This document shows positions 36,524 through 46,495 of a stretch of DNA of 64,000 nt, piece after piece. The position numbers were made by a program, and so were the translations under genes. Numbering within the stretch: position 1 is the first letter of the stretch; the number at the start of each line of letters is the position of its first letter. Origin of the DNA: a virus; IMG/VR virus record IMGVR_UViG_3300047553_000365, positions 1 to 64,000 of that record. One strand, written 5' to 3'. The notes beneath the pieces were generated by a model. That model was not told where the DNA came from. It ran no database searches and worked only from the letters and a program-made list of their open reading frames with translations.

Positions 36524-36945
36524 TTAATGATTGTTTTAAGATAGGCTTCTGCCCTTTGTGTAGCGGTTGCGTGAATATTAAGAAACTGGTCGTATAAGTC
36601 CACCGTTGGAGTTGTGTCTAATACCATAGCCAATATAAAAGCATAGGATTTAAGTTGTTTTTCCGATAGGGTTTTCTCTACCTCATGCATCGCATTAAGA
36701 TCATTAAGGTAGTCAGGAACATTGCATCTGTTCATTGCATCCGTGGCATCCAAAAACTTCCTTGTTATTACATCAACCACTCCACCATAACCCCTGATAG
36801 GTTCATCCCAAAATTGTATTTTTGAACCTGATGGGGTAAAAACTTGCCATAATGGGTTTTTAGACATTAGTTTATCATCGGTAGCAAAAATAATTTGCCA
36901 CCCGCACGACTCTGCAATTGCTATTCTTTGTCTTTCGGGTGTCAT
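36511..36945 (-). CDS. conserved phage hypothetical protein
   Basis: QRIAIAESCGW...PDYLNDLNAMHEVE...ATATQRAEA. Confidence 0.75.
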   Translation of the reverse strand: MTPERQRIAIAESCGWQIIFATDDKLMSKNPLWQVFTPSGSKIQFWDEPIRGYGGVVDVITRKFLDATDAMNRCNVPDYLNDLNAMHEVEKTLSEKQLKSYAFILAMVLDTTPTVDLYDQFLNIHATATQRAEAYLKTIIKWES

Positions 36946-36947
36946 GA

Positions 36948-37250
36948 TTACAATGATCCTACATCGGGTTTAAGATTGTGCTTCTCTAGAATGTTCCACC
37001 AGTCTGCGGAAAAGAAACTTCTACCATGTCCACATTCAACAATAAGTTGAAGCAGGTGTTCATAGTTCTTCACCTTATCAACTCTATCATATCTACGATG
37101 GGCATAGATACCATCCTCTCTACATTCCAAGATACATTGAGACTTGGCTTGAGTATTAAGATCTGCCCAAAGATTACCATTCTGGTAATAAATGGTTACA
37201 TACAGACCTTCTCTCAAAGGTTCTTCCAATAGTTCAAATAGTTCTTTCAT
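36948..37250 (-). CDS. hypothetical protein
   Basis: ORF track. Confidence 0.7.
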   Translation of the reverse strand: MKELFELLEEPLREGLYVTIYYQNGNLWADLNTQAKSQCILECREDGIYAHRRYDRVDKVKNYEHLLQLIVECGHGRSFFSADWWNILEKHNLKPDVGSL

Positions 37251-37419
37251 GACTTTAGGGATTCAAACCAACCTACTCCCGTCATACGATTTGCGGTGGA
37301 AAGCATCAGGAATCCAATGATTCCCCAAATAAGGCCAAGTTGTGCAGATACTAGGACTACCATAGCGATAGCAGTAATATCAGCAATCATACACATAATT
37401 CTTAGGGTTAGTTTCATAA

Positions 37420-37965
37420 TTACTTCAGTTTGTTACCAGCATCAAGGATTTCTTTTACCTTATCCATTGTAAAGGTTTGGCAACCCACGACCACCTTATC
37501 CTTATAAACCTTAGCAGAATACTGGTCATTAAGAACGATATCAACGAAGTCCTGCACAACCTCAACAGCTTTGTAGGGATTGGAATATTTACCATTCTTT
37601 GAAATGATATAGACACAATATCCCCTTGTCTTTGCTTCCCCTTGAACACTTAGACTAATGCCTTCGGTGGGTTCCTTATAAATATGAAGTCCCACTTCTC
37701 CCACATCATACTTAACAAATCCATCATTATGGATAATAGTTTTACCCACAAGTTTTCTAGCTTCTTCTAGTTCTTTTCTAATATTGTCAAGAACATTGGA
37801 TTCTTCCTTTACTTCTTCAAACCTATTCTTTGAAAGAGCTGTAAGAGTTCCTTCCATATTAATGTAAAAGTAATCGTTATCTTCCCACTCCGATTCATAC
37901 ACATTACCTTCCTTAAGGGATAGGGATACTGCTGCGGAGTTTATGCATTTAATTTTCTTTTTCAT
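37420..37965 (-). CDS. paralog family A (N-terminal KC..L..G.VYE module plus C-terminal VGCQTF module)
   Basis: Closely similar to 37968 and 41839. Confidence 0.8.
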   Translation of the reverse strand: MKKKIKCINSAAVSLSLKEGNVYESEWEDNDYFYINMEGTLTALSKNRFEEVKEESNVLDNIRKELEEARKLVGKTIIHNDGFVKYDVGEVGLHIYKEPTEGISLSVQGEAKTRGYCVYIISKNGKYSNPYKAVEVVQDFVDIVLNDQYSAKVYKDKVVVGCQTFTMDKVKEILDAGNKLK

Positions 37966-37967
37966 AA

Positions 37968-38516
37968 TTACTTCAGTTTCTTATTGGCATCCAGAATGTC
38001 TTTCACCTTATCAATGGTAAAGGTTTGGCAACCCACGATCACCTTATCCTTATAAACTCTGGCAGAATACTGTTCATTAAGACCAACATTAATAAACTCT
38101 TCCACAACCTTAACATCCTTATAGGGATATAGCAATCCATTCTTTGAAATGATATAGACACAGTATCCCTTTCTTTGTGCTTCCTCTCTAACACTCTGAC
38201 TAGCCTCATTAGTATCTGATGCCTTATCAATGTAAAAGTTTACTTTGGTCACTTCAAGCTTCAAAGAGCCATTATTATAGATAACAAATTTACCCACAAG
38301 TTCCTTGGCTTCTTCCATTTCCTTTCTAATTTCGTCAAGAACATTGTGGGGGGTCTTGGCTTCTTCCATTTCCACAAACCTATACTTACCATAACCTATA
38401 ACGGCTCCATTATTACGAATGTAGAAGTAATGGGTATCTTCTCTTTCAGATTCATACACTTCCCCTTTCTTAAGGGATGATCCATTGTCACATACGCATT
38501 TAATTTTCTTTTTCAT
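37968..38516 (-). CDS. paralog family A
   Basis: Shared LNEQYSARVYKDKVIVGCQTFTIDKVK. Confidence 0.8.
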   Translation of the reverse strand: MKKKIKCVCDNGSSLKKGEVYESEREDTHYFYIRNNGAVIGYGKYRFVEMEEAKTPHNVLDEIRKEMEEAKELVGKFVIYNNGSLKLEVTKVNFYIDKASDTNEASQSVREEAQRKGYCVYIISKNGLLYPYKDVKVVEEFINVGLNEQYSARVYKDKVIVGCQTFTIDKVKDILDANKKLK

Positions 38517-38519
38517 GGT

Positions 38520-38678
38520 TTATTTTACTTCTTCAAACAAAGACTTTAGGTATGGCACAAGGTTCCCCCTATCATTTACAACAAAGATATATAACGGAGT
38601 TTGTTTCTTGCACTCATATACCTTATTCAAGGTAAGAGAACCCCTATTGGAAGTTATGCATTTATATTTCTTTTCCAT
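38520..38678 (-). CDS. family A N-module only (52 aa, not in track)
   Basis: MEKKYKCITSNRGSLTLNKVYE; promoter motif at 38693. Confidence 0.7.
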   Translation of the reverse strand: MEKKYKCITSNRGSLTLNKVYECKKQTPLYIFVVNDRGNLVPYLKSLFEEVK

Positions 38679-38709
38679 GACTTATCATACTTCGGTTTTA
38701 ATGATTAGA

Positions 38710-38943
38710 CTATGGTTTCTTAATTGCGTGTCCAATTGTCTCTCCAACCCAAAATAGAATCATTCCCACAACCACAGGAATCATCAACACAAGAGTAAGG
38801 GGCCAAAGAATAACAAAAAACCAATTCAAAGAAAAACAATCCCTCTCTTTCCATGACATATTAGACATGGCGATTCCCATAACCACACATCCCAAACATA
38901 CCCCAACGAAATACCCGATAATCATCCAATATTCTAAGTTCAT
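38710..38943 (-). CDS. small two-TM protein
   Basis: Paralog of 38974. Confidence 0.7.
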   Translation of the reverse strand: MNLEYWMIIGYFVGVCLGCVVMGIAMSNMSWKERDCFSLNWFFVILWPLTLVLMIPVVVGMILFWVGETIGHAIKKP

Positions 38944-39250
38944 ATTATTTCCAGTTATTAATTATAAGAGCAATCATGGCTTTCTAAATGCTTTACGAAT
39001 TCTTTGACCCAACCATATAAGAAAGAGAATTGACACTATGAAAATGGATACAACAATAGTAAAAGGCCATACTGTGACCAGAAACAAAGAAAAAACAATT
39101 TTTCCTGAATAAGTCTCATTATCTAATAGGTCAGGAATAATAATACCCGTAAAAATACATCCTAGGGCAAATCCTCCCAAATACACGATTAAAAATAAAT
39201 ATTCAAAGTTCATATTATTTCCAGTTATTAACTATAAGAGCAATCATGGC
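38929..39250. repeat. 52-bp direct repeat pair (38929-38980, 39199-39250)
   Basis: Two mismatches, 270-bp spacing. Confidence 0.85.
38974..39213 (-). CDS. small two-TM protein
   Basis: Paralog of 38710. Confidence 0.7.
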   Translation of the reverse strand: MNFEYLFLIVYLGGFALGCIFTGIIIPDLLDNETYSGKIVFSLFLVTVWPFTIVVSIFIVSILFLIWLGQRIRKAFRKP

Positions 39251-39418
39251 AATAATTCCCCCAATTCCCAAGATAGCATGAGAAAAGATAGATATAGTAA
39301 GCAAGATAGATTCTACCTCTATATTTTTACCATTATCCATATATGCCTTTGTTTTAAATCCTAGCCAGTAGGCTATAAAGAATGTTAGACAGATTACAAA
39401 TATTTGTGCAGTATTCAT
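39215..39418 (-). CDS. small two-TM protein
   Basis: ATG 6 nt after promoter motif. Confidence 0.7.
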   Translation of the reverse strand: MNTAQIFVICLTFFIAYWLGFKTKAYMDNGKNIEVESILLTISIFSHAILGIGGIIAMIALIVNNWK

Positions 39419-39445
39419 ATCTTAATTATACCCCGGTTTTAATGT

Positions 39446-40102
39446 TTATTTTTCTTTCTCTTTTCTTTTAAACTTAGCAATTCCTAAAAAGTCCTGCGGA
39501 TCAGTAAAGATATCCTTACCTCTCTTAAGCTTCTTAAGTTGTTGTTTTGTAGGTAGAACATAGATACTAAAGCATTTCTCATTACCCGTTTCATTATTAT
39601 ACCAAGGAATCTTCTCAATATCCGTAATGCTTACAGTTTGCTTATGGTTCTTTAGATAGGCATGAAGATCCTTAAGGTTATATTTTTTGGAAGTTAAACC
39701 TGCATCAATATAATCCCCATATTCAGGAATGGGAATCTGTTCCCCTTCAAGAGTCCACAGAGTATGATCGTAGGAGCAACAAAGAATGATCTTCTTAATA
39801 TCAATATCCTCTGGATTAAGGTTCACAAAATTCTTTCCGCAATTATCCCACCAGACTTCTACTTGTAAACAATGAAAAGGATTCTTTGTCTTAAGATACT
39901 CCATATCAGCATCATACAGAGGAAACATGGGAATGTTTTTACCATCGTATTCACACTTTCTTTTCGGACCAATATAAGTAAGATTCTTTTCCGTTTGCTT
40001 ACCATTCACAAAAGTAATGTCCATGCGAATACTTGGAGAAATCTTATACTTAAAGACTTCCGTAACAGTTTTGGTCTTAGTGACAGGAATTTTGGTTTTC
40101 AT
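39446..40102 (-). CDS. hypothetical protein
   Basis: ORF track. Confidence 0.75.
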   Translation of the reverse strand: MKTKIPVTKTKTVTEVFKYKISPSIRMDITFVNGKQTEKNLTYIGPKRKCEYDGKNIPMFPLYDADMEYLKTKNPFHCLQVEVWWDNCGKNFVNLNPEDIDIKKIILCCSYDHTLWTLEGEQIPIPEYGDYIDAGLTSKKYNLKDLHAYLKNHKQTVSITDIEKIPWYNNETGNEKCFSIYVLPTKQQLKKLKRGKDIFTDPQDFLGIAKFKRKEKEK

Positions 40103-40274
40103 TTCTTCTTAGTTTTCTTTCCTTGACATGGATCACAACGCAATCTTTCAGGCCCAACTTGTGCAACTCTTAGTCCACAAGTCTTACATACATAGGGAAT
40201 AAATGTCATCATTCCTATTGTGGGAATTTTACCCTCCACGCGAGGAACCTGCTTAAAGTTATGCCCTAGATATC

Positions 40275-40592
40275 TCATGAGTTAAATTCTTTCTCTGTTG
40301 CTTCAATGGCATTTGCCAGTTCATTAAGAATATTACAGACTGTCTTAGTGGTTTCAGACATATACTTAAGGTCATATTTCTCTGCCCTTTTTCTTAGATT
40401 CTGTGCCAACAACATATTATAACCCTTTTTTTCAACCTTTGTAAACCTATAAGATTCAAAACAATGTTCTCTACGATCCTCTGCCTTAATTGAATAGAGT
40501 AATTGGCAAGAATCATGAGCATAAACATCATAGTCATTACCCTCAATGAGTAAATGCTCCAACCCCTTGTTATTGATACATTTAACTTTCAT
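40275..40592 (-). CDS. family A N-module protein
   Basis: MKVKCINN...LIEGNDYDV. Confidence 0.7.
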   Translation of the reverse strand: MKVKCINNKGLEHLLIEGNDYDVYAHDSCQLLYSIKAEDRREHCFESYRFTKVEKKGYNMLLAQNLRKRAEKYDLKYMSETTKTVCNILNELANAIEATEKEFNS

Positions 40593-40595
40593 GAT

Positions 40596-41084
40596 TTAAA
40601 GTTGTGTTAATAGAATTGTTTCCAATGCTTTAAAGATGGCAGGTAACTTAACATTGTTAATGTTGTCAACCATTTCCTTATCCATAATATCATTCTTGGC
40701 GGAAGTTTCCGTATAATGATATCCACCACGACCAATAACTTCCGCTGCCTTTTTTAGAGCATAGGCGGAAAGAATAAGGTCACAGAATTCCCAAAGCCTT
40801 TCTTTAATAGCAGGATTAAGTTCATAATCCTCCAAAAGAGCATCATACATACACATATTACGATTCTCTCTTACAAGATGATACTTGTCCCCTTCTTTAA
40901 AAACCCTATCCTTCTCAGCATAGTTTTTAAGATGATAATGACAGTTTCTATTACCCATCCAACCCAAGGCCCAATACCAATCGCATTGCCATTCAGGAAG
41001 AGTTAAATAGATACTCTCTTTAGTTTGTTTATTAACTCCAAAGAACACCCTTTCCTGTTTCCGTTGATAGTTAAGGTTTTGCAT
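40596..41084 (-). CDS. hypothetical protein
   Basis: ATG 6 nt after promoter motif. Confidence 0.75.
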   Translation of the reverse strand: MQNLNYQRKQERVFFGVNKQTKESIYLTLPEWQCDWYWALGWMGNRNCHYHLKNYAEKDRVFKEGDKYHLVRENRNMCMYDALLEDYELNPAIKERLWEFCDLILSAYALKKAAEVIGRGGYHYTETSAKNDIMDKEMVDNINNVKLPAIFKALETILLTQL

Positions 41085-41114
41085 GTCTTAATTATACCCC
41101 GGTTTTAATTACTA

Positions 41115-41531
41115 TTAGTCTGCTAGGGAATTAATAAAGTCTTGGGCTTCTTTTCTAGATCCCCAATATTTCTTATCCCAAAGAATGCTCCATGTTCCTG
41201 TATCCTTTCCTAGATATAAGTAGGTATGATTAGGTTCTGAAGTCCAAATATAATAGTTACCATTCATGTTATCAATATGGGGAATTCTACCAAGAACAGT
41301 CTTGGGCTTATCATTCTGTTCTTCCACGGTAACTTTTGTCCTAGGTTCATATGCCACCACCCTTTGGGCAGTAATCATACCACATTCATCACATTCTAGA
41401 AATTCTGATCCCCTATTAAAATTGGATAGAATATTTCTCTCAAATGTTCCATAGTTGGGTTCAGTAGAATAATGAGAATATTGCCTACCACAACATTCAC
41501 ACTTAATAATGTATTTAAATTCTTTACTCAT
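41115..41531 (-). CDS. zinc-ribbon hypothetical protein
   Basis: CECCG...CDECG. Confidence 0.7.
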   Translation of the reverse strand: MSKEFKYIIKCECCGRQYSHYSTEPNYGTFERNILSNFNRGSEFLECDECGMITAQRVVAYEPRTKVTVEEQNDKPKTVLGRIPHIDNMNGNYYIWTSEPNHTYLYLGKDTGTWSILWDKKYWGSRKEAQDFINSLAD

Positions 41532-41842
41532 GTCCTTGATTTTAAAAGAGTTCCGAGATATTTTATATATTCGGAGAAGTCATCAAATTGATAGATAGTA
41601 TATCCATCATCCAGAAGTCTAGTGATAAGAACTTCAAACTCCTCCTCATTGTAATCTATATCCACATCATTAAGGATTAGATCCAGAACAGACCAATGAG
41701 CAACACCTTTATTTGTAGTATTACCATGAATAAGGTGAGGGTTACTTTGTTCATCAATTGCAATAGTATATTCATTCTGGTCAGAATCTGTGATACTAAT
41801 CTGTTTAACGATATGAGTCTTGTTGTTTATGATTTGTTTCAT
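41528..41842 (-). CDS. hypothetical protein
   Basis: ORF track. Confidence 0.65.
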   Translation of the reverse strand: MKQIINNKTHIVKQISITDSDQNEYTIAIDEQSNPHLIHGNTTNKGVAHWSVLDLILNDVDIDYNEEEFEVLITRLLDDGYTIYQFDDFSEYIKYLGTLLKSRT

Positions 41843-42387
41843 AGTTGTTCTTTGTATGCTTTAAGAATCTCTTCAACTTGTTTAATATCAAAGGTTTGGC
41901 AACCCACGATTACTTTATCCCCCTCCACAATTGCATCATACTTATCATTAAGCTTTACAATCTTATGAGGGACTTCATAAACATCCTCAAAAGGAAGGGA
42001 TCGCGCACCATCCTTTTCAGTAATATATACACAATAGCCATGTTTCTCAGTATGTTCTAGAACAGAGACAGACTTATATCCATCCACTTTACCATCCAAG
42101 TCGATCTTTACTTCTTTCACAACAAAAGAGGTTCTGCTATTGCCTCTTACTCTCTTGCCCACAAGCTTACAGGCTTCTTCATATTTCTTCTGAATCTCTA
42201 CCAATTTAGGATGCATATTAGTATCATTGTCCATTGGTTGAAAGCGATTGCGATTATAATAATTCCTCTTTCCCCTATCATTTAGGATAGTATAATACTT
42301 ATCACATTCATCCAAGACTTCATAAATCTTACCAAGGGTAAGTTCATCCGATGCACCATATCTATCAAAGCATTTTACAGTTTTCAT
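41839..42387 (-). CDS. paralog family A
   Basis: MKTVKC...LTLGKIYEV; VKLNDKYDAIVEGDKVIVGCQTF. Confidence 0.8.
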   Translation of the reverse strand: MKTVKCFDRYGASDELTLGKIYEVLDECDKYYTILNDRGKRNYYNRNRFQPMDNDTNMHPKLVEIQKKYEEACKLVGKRVRGNSRTSFVVKEVKIDLDGKVDGYKSVSVLEHTEKHGYCVYITEKDGARSLPFEDVYEVPHKIVKLNDKYDAIVEGDKVIVGCQTFDIKQVEEILKAYKEQL

Positions 42388-42388
42388 A

Positions 42389-43351
42389 TTAAAGGTCAAG
42401 TAGATTTTGAATGTCTTGTTTGGTAAACACTCCCTGCCCAATGGTAACAGATTTAAGGGGTTTACAGTCGTCAAAATAATCGGTAATCATGATATGATAA
42501 ATAGCCTTCAGTTGGCTCTTACTAATCTTGGCACAACCAAACTTAAAATAGTTTCCCTTATCCTCTGCGGTATATCCATTGATAATCACCACAGGTTTAG
42601 GACGAGTATCATAGGATTCTTCATTAAGATTATCAGGATCAAGAGGATATCCCCCTGTAACACCATCAGGCCAGTTTGCATCCAATGTTACATAATAGCC
42701 ATACTTTTTAAAATATTGTTTTTTATGAGGGTTATTATTCGTTCCTGCACAATCGAAATGAATCTTAAATCCCGTCACAGAAGAAGTAGAAATATTCTTT
42801 TCTCCAAATCGAGACTTAATAAATTTACCAACAAGAGAGGATGCATATTCCACAGTCTCTTGCAGCTTAGGGTATTTTTCTTGTTTAGTATTCATAGGTT
42901 CGTCTTTCACAATTTCAAGGTAATAAAGATCATTATATCCGTGTGCTGAACTAGTAGATAAATGAGGGTTATCCCAAGTTTTATCCACAGTAGAAGAATA
43001 GCAGATAAAGATAACATCCTTAGCACTCCATCCCCATCCTCTAGGAATATACTTATATCCTTGTGGTAGAACAGGAGGATCACATTTAATTTTAGGATCA
43101 AGGTCTTTGGCTTTCATAGTATTAGGTTCGTCTTTTACAATTTCAAGGTAATAAACATCTTCCTGTCCATTAGCTCTCATAGAAAAATTATCATAGGACG
43201 GATTACACATCCAACGGTCAGTAGAGATAAAATAACAAAGATAATTAACATTTTCTGCCGTCCACCCCCATCCTCTAGGAATATACTTATATCCCTTCTT
43301 AAGAACAGGAGGGTTAAATTGAATTTTAGGATCAAGGTCTTTGGCTTTCAT
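42389..43351 (-). CDS. protein with two internal repeats and a family-A-like C-terminus
   Basis: MKAKDLDPKI..PPVL..GYKYIPRGWGW twice; FKFGCAKI. Confidence 0.75.
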   Translation of the reverse strand: MKAKDLDPKIQFNPPVLKKGYKYIPRGWGWTAENVNYLCYFISTDRWMCNPSYDNFSMRANGQEDVYYLEIVKDEPNTMKAKDLDPKIKCDPPVLPQGYKYIPRGWGWSAKDVIFICYSSTVDKTWDNPHLSTSSAHGYNDLYYLEIVKDEPMNTKQEKYPKLQETVEYASSLVGKFIKSRFGEKNISTSSVTGFKIHFDCAGTNNNPHKKQYFKKYGYYVTLDANWPDGVTGGYPLDPDNLNEESYDTRPKPVVIINGYTAEDKGNYFKFGCAKISKSQLKAIYHIMITDYFDDCKPLKSVTIGQGVFTKQDIQNLLDL

Positions 43352-43578
43352 ACTTCATCAATGCTTTGAATTTCAAACTCATCCATATATTCTTCCGAAT
43401 CCACAAAGGATTCTGAATGATTAACATTCAGAATGGTAATCTTATCACTATGAAAGACATTACCCTTAATGTTTTTAATATGTTCTTCCAAGGCAGTTTC
43501 ATCTCCATCAAATTCTACCTCAACAATATTATTCTGCCAAACTTTAATCAACTGGTCAATGTTTATTTCGTATTTCAT
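43348..43578 (-). CDS. hypothetical protein
   Basis: ATG 6 nt after promoter motif. Confidence 0.7.
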   Translation of the reverse strand: MKYEINIDQLIKVWQNNIVEVEFDGDETALEEHIKNIKGNVFHSDKITILNVNHSESFVDSEEYMDEFEIQSIDEV

Positions 43579-43602
43579 GGGTATAGTATAGGTCGGTTTT
43601 AG

Positions 43603-43785
43603 TTACTTGGTAAGAACAATGAGAACAATCATGGCAGTAATAAATAGGAAAAAGCCAATGACGGGAATTAGTAAAGGAATCCATAGAGGAGAATAAATCC
43701 ACTTCCAATTCCATTCTACCACTCCAAGAATCTTAAGAGCAATAAAGGCAATTACAATAATCAGTAGTATAATTCCAATAGCCAT
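43603..43785 (-). CDS. small membrane protein (paralog of 13904)
   Basis: LKILGVVEWNWKWIYSPLW. Confidence 0.7.
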   Translation of the reverse strand: MAIGIILLIIVIAFIALKILGVVEWNWKWIYSPLWIPLLIPVIGFFLFITAMIVLIVLTK

Positions 43786-43786
43786 A

Positions 43787-43999
43787 TTAAAGAAATCTAA
43801 GAGTTATAGCAATACCTGCACAAAAGATGCCACAGACAAACATAAGGGCAATAAGAATTGGCCTAAACATTTTCTCATCAAGAGTTACATCCTCATAATC
43901 CACAAATCCAAGTAAGTAGAAGATAGGAGCAATGATGCCAATCAATCCCGCAATCTCAATAGAATGTTGTAGAATATTCATGGGGTTACTCTCTTCCAA
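43787..43999 (-). CDS. small membrane protein
   Basis: Two TM segments. Confidence 0.6.
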   Translation of the reverse strand: MEESNPMNILQHSIEIAGLIGIIAPIFYLLGFVDYEDVTLDEKMFRPILIALMFVCGIFCAGIAITLRFL

Positions 44000-44190
44000 A
44001 ATGCATGAAGCTTCTTATCATCATAGAAACAATCTGCATCAGTTCCAGTAATGGCATTATACATTTCAGGCGACACATGAAACAACGCATTCATTGTGAG
44101 TTGTCCTTGCCTAAGATACTTAACATCTTCATTATATTCAAGAATCTTAATATGAAGTGCCAGCAATTGAGATTGTGTAAGCTTTTCCAT
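43978..44190 (-). CDS. hypothetical protein
   Basis: ORF track. Confidence 0.65.
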   Translation of the reverse strand: MEKLTQSQLLALHIKILEYNEDVKYLRQGQLTMNALFHVSPEMYNAITGTDADCFYDDKKLHAFWKRVTP

Positions 44191-44334
44191 TTTTGTGATA
44201 GTTTAGAAAATTGGGGTAGTATCGGTGTCACTACCATATTCCGAGAGGGACTGCCTCTATTATGTCAAAGCCCGTATTTTGTTTATTTGTCTCAGTCAGC
44301 TTAACGCAATGTTAGTGACTTATTTATGTATTTA

Positions 44335-44583
44335 TTATTGGGCTTTAAGATTTGCAAGGCGCATTTTAGCACGCACAATTTCAAGTTTAAGTTCCTTAAC
44401 CTTAAGGTTCTTCATAACTTCAATATAATCAGATTGCGGAGGAATCGCAGTAACAGAATCGGCAAACAGAATGTTTACCACACAGCAATTAAGGTTTGCT
44501 TGATTAACTGCCCTACGGCTAAGTTGCACAAGAGTTTCCTTCTTAAGAGGTTGAATGTCAATACTTTTGATTGGAGTCTTCAT
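44335..44583 (-). CDS. hypothetical protein
   Basis: ATG 6 nt after promoter motif. Confidence 0.65.
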   Translation of the reverse strand: MKTPIKSIDIQPLKKETLVQLSRRAVNQANLNCCVVNILFADSVTAIPPQSDYIEVMKNLKVKELKLEIVRAKMRLANLKAQ

Positions 44584-44607
44584 GCCCACAGTATATCCCG
44601 GTTTTAA

Positions 44608-45006
44608 TTAATAGTTACCGAAGTAATAGATTCCGTCATTTTCTTCATATTGTTGGTATTTTGGATAAGGAATAGGTTCTGGTTCAGGTTCCTCTGAATA
44701 GATTAGATATCCTTCCTTATCATAGAGATACTTATATTCCTTTTTACCATCAAGAATATATTGATACCTAAGAATGCCAGTATCAAAGTATCTATACTTC
44801 TCTATGAAAGTCTTTCCACTAGTATGCTTAACAAGATTATTATTCTTATCATACTTCCAAGTCTGCTCCATACCAGTAGATGAAAGAGTCCTAGAAACAT
44901 TATTCTTATCATCGTATTCAATCCAACGCTCGTAGTTCGGACCTTTACGATGAATCATTCTACCCTTTTCATCTCTGGTAGTAACTGGAAGTTTGAAGCT
45001 AATCAT
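44608..45006 (-). CDS. YD/RHS-like repeat protein
   Basis: RDEKGRM, YDDKNNV, YDKNNNL, YDKEGYL. Confidence 0.6.
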   Translation of the reverse strand: MISFKLPVTTRDEKGRMIHRKGPNYERWIEYDDKNNVSRTLSSTGMEQTWKYDKNNNLVKHTSGKTFIEKYRYFDTGILRYQYILDGKKEYKYLYDKEGYLIYSEEPEPEPIPYPKYQQYEENDGIYYFGNY

Positions 45007-45445
45007 AATTCAATAACCTTCTTGGAGGAAATCTCCCGTTAGTAATACCTACAACCTTACACCATTTCTTAAAGCTTTTACCATGAAACTCAAGTTTTCC
45101 CTTCTCATCATAGAAAGTTCCTCTTTCATCATAGTCTAACTTATGAGCAAGTTCATGTTTCAATACCCATTCAAACAGAGGAAAGTATTCCAAACATTGA
45201 TTGCTAATTCTTATCTCATTCGCATCATCAGCCCAAACATACTGCCCAAGGTTGCACTTACTATTATCAAGAACATCATGGAAGGTGACTTTTGTATCAG
45301 CCACCTTCCATTGCTTAAGAGTTAAGCGAGCATAAAGCTCTGCTTCTTCTCTGGTAATTCCCATATTAATAAGGATTGCTATTACTCTTGCAGAAGTTAC
45401 CAGCAACAATCTTACCATACTTCTTTTGAACAAACTTTCTGCCAT
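44999..45445 (-). CDS. SprT-like metallopeptidase domain protein
   Basis: VLKHELAH...HGKSFKKWC. Confidence 0.7.
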   Translation of the reverse strand: MAESLFKRSMVRLLLVTSARVIAILINMGITREEAELYARLTLKQWKVADTKVTFHDVLDNSKCNLGQYVWADDANEIRISNQCLEYFPLFEWVLKHELAHKLDYDERGTFYDEKGKLEFHGKSFKKWCKVVGITNGRFPPRRLLNYD

Positions 45446-45537
45446 TCAAAAGACTATGGGTAGTCATAAGCATACCACCCTTTGGTTTCTTGAACACTTC
45501 CGAACGCCATGACGACTTCAACGGTTTATGCGAATTG

Positions 45538-45729
45538 TTAATCATTGTTTTGGTTTTCTATTAGTTTACCTTCAGGGACTTCCCTATCAGTAAGAATTTT
45601 AGCAGCAGCCTCCACTACATCACGAATAGACTTGTTTTCAGTTCCGAAAACAGTATATTCATAAGTTTGAAAGCCATCACTAATTCTTATTACCCATTTG
45701 ATTGAGTAATCCTGATTAGGATTTTCCAT
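45538..45729 (-). CDS. hypothetical protein
   Basis: ATG 6 nt after promoter motif. Confidence 0.65.
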   Translation of the reverse strand: MENPNQDYSIKWVIRISDGFQTYEYTVFGTENKSIRDVVEAAAKILTDREVPEGKLIENQNND

Positions 45730-45749
45730 AGGTGTATTATAGGGCGGTT

Positions 45750-45956
45750 TTAATCCCCCATATCTTGAAGGGGACGCTTAGAATAGTTCTTGCGTTGATT
45801 ATGCTTACTATTCTTATTATCCCATCCAGTATCGCAGCATTCACCCTTGAATACTTTGTTACCATTTGTCTGCATATCCTTAAGTGAAGGATATCCATGT
45901 TTCCGTGCTTGTTTTGTATTGCTATTTGCCATATGTTTGTTTTGTTTGTTTACCAA
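45750..45956 (-). CDS. small basic hypothetical protein
   Basis: ORF track; start uncertain. Confidence 0.55.
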   Translation of the reverse strand: MVNKQNKHMANSNTKQARKHGYPSLKDMQTNGNKVFKGECCDTGWDNKNSKHNQRKNYSKRPLQDMGD

Positions 45957-46495
45957 TCGAGAAGTAGAATTTTTCCCCCATATACACAGAGGTTATCATA
46001 GTGACTATCCACATATCTTTCATCAATAGCTCTAGGACATTTATAGATACTTTCATTATCTTCCCCAATAACCTTAACCTTTGGTTGAATGGTTAGAAAG
46101 TATTGATATTGCTTCCAACAATCAGTATCATAATGATAGACCATTGTGGGAATTCTATGAGACTTACTAGGAATAGATGAAACATTATAAGCCAACTTAA
46201 TAACTTGTCTATGTCCAATAAATGTCACCCCTGTAGAATGACAAGGATAAAATCCAAGTCTCTTAAACTTATTCTCATACTTCAAAAGCTTGTTATAAAG
46301 ATCACTCTCATAGATTTGAGGAGTATGTTTTTTAGGATTAGGAATAGGAGGATTAAGAATCTGCTTAATAAGCGGAGCCAACATTTTATCCATGAGTTCC
46401 ATTGCATCGACAATTTGTTTGTCCAGCTTCTTAATTTCTCCAAATCCTGCAACTTGTTTGAAATGTTTCATTTGATTGTAATCATTTGTGGCCAA
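45950..46495 (-). CDS. minimal protein-kinase-like fold protein
   Basis: VIKLAY, IQPKV, DSHYDNL, ILLLDW. Confidence 0.5.
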   Translation of the reverse strand: MATNDYNQMKHFKQVAGFGEIKKLDKQIVDAMELMDKMLAPLIKQILNPPIPNPKKHTPQIYESDLYNKLLKYENKFKRLGFYPCHSTGVTFIGHRQVIKLAYNVSSIPSKSHRIPTMVYHYDTDCWKQYQYFLTIQPKVKVIGEDNESIYKCPRAIDERYVDSHYDNLCVYGGKILLLDW

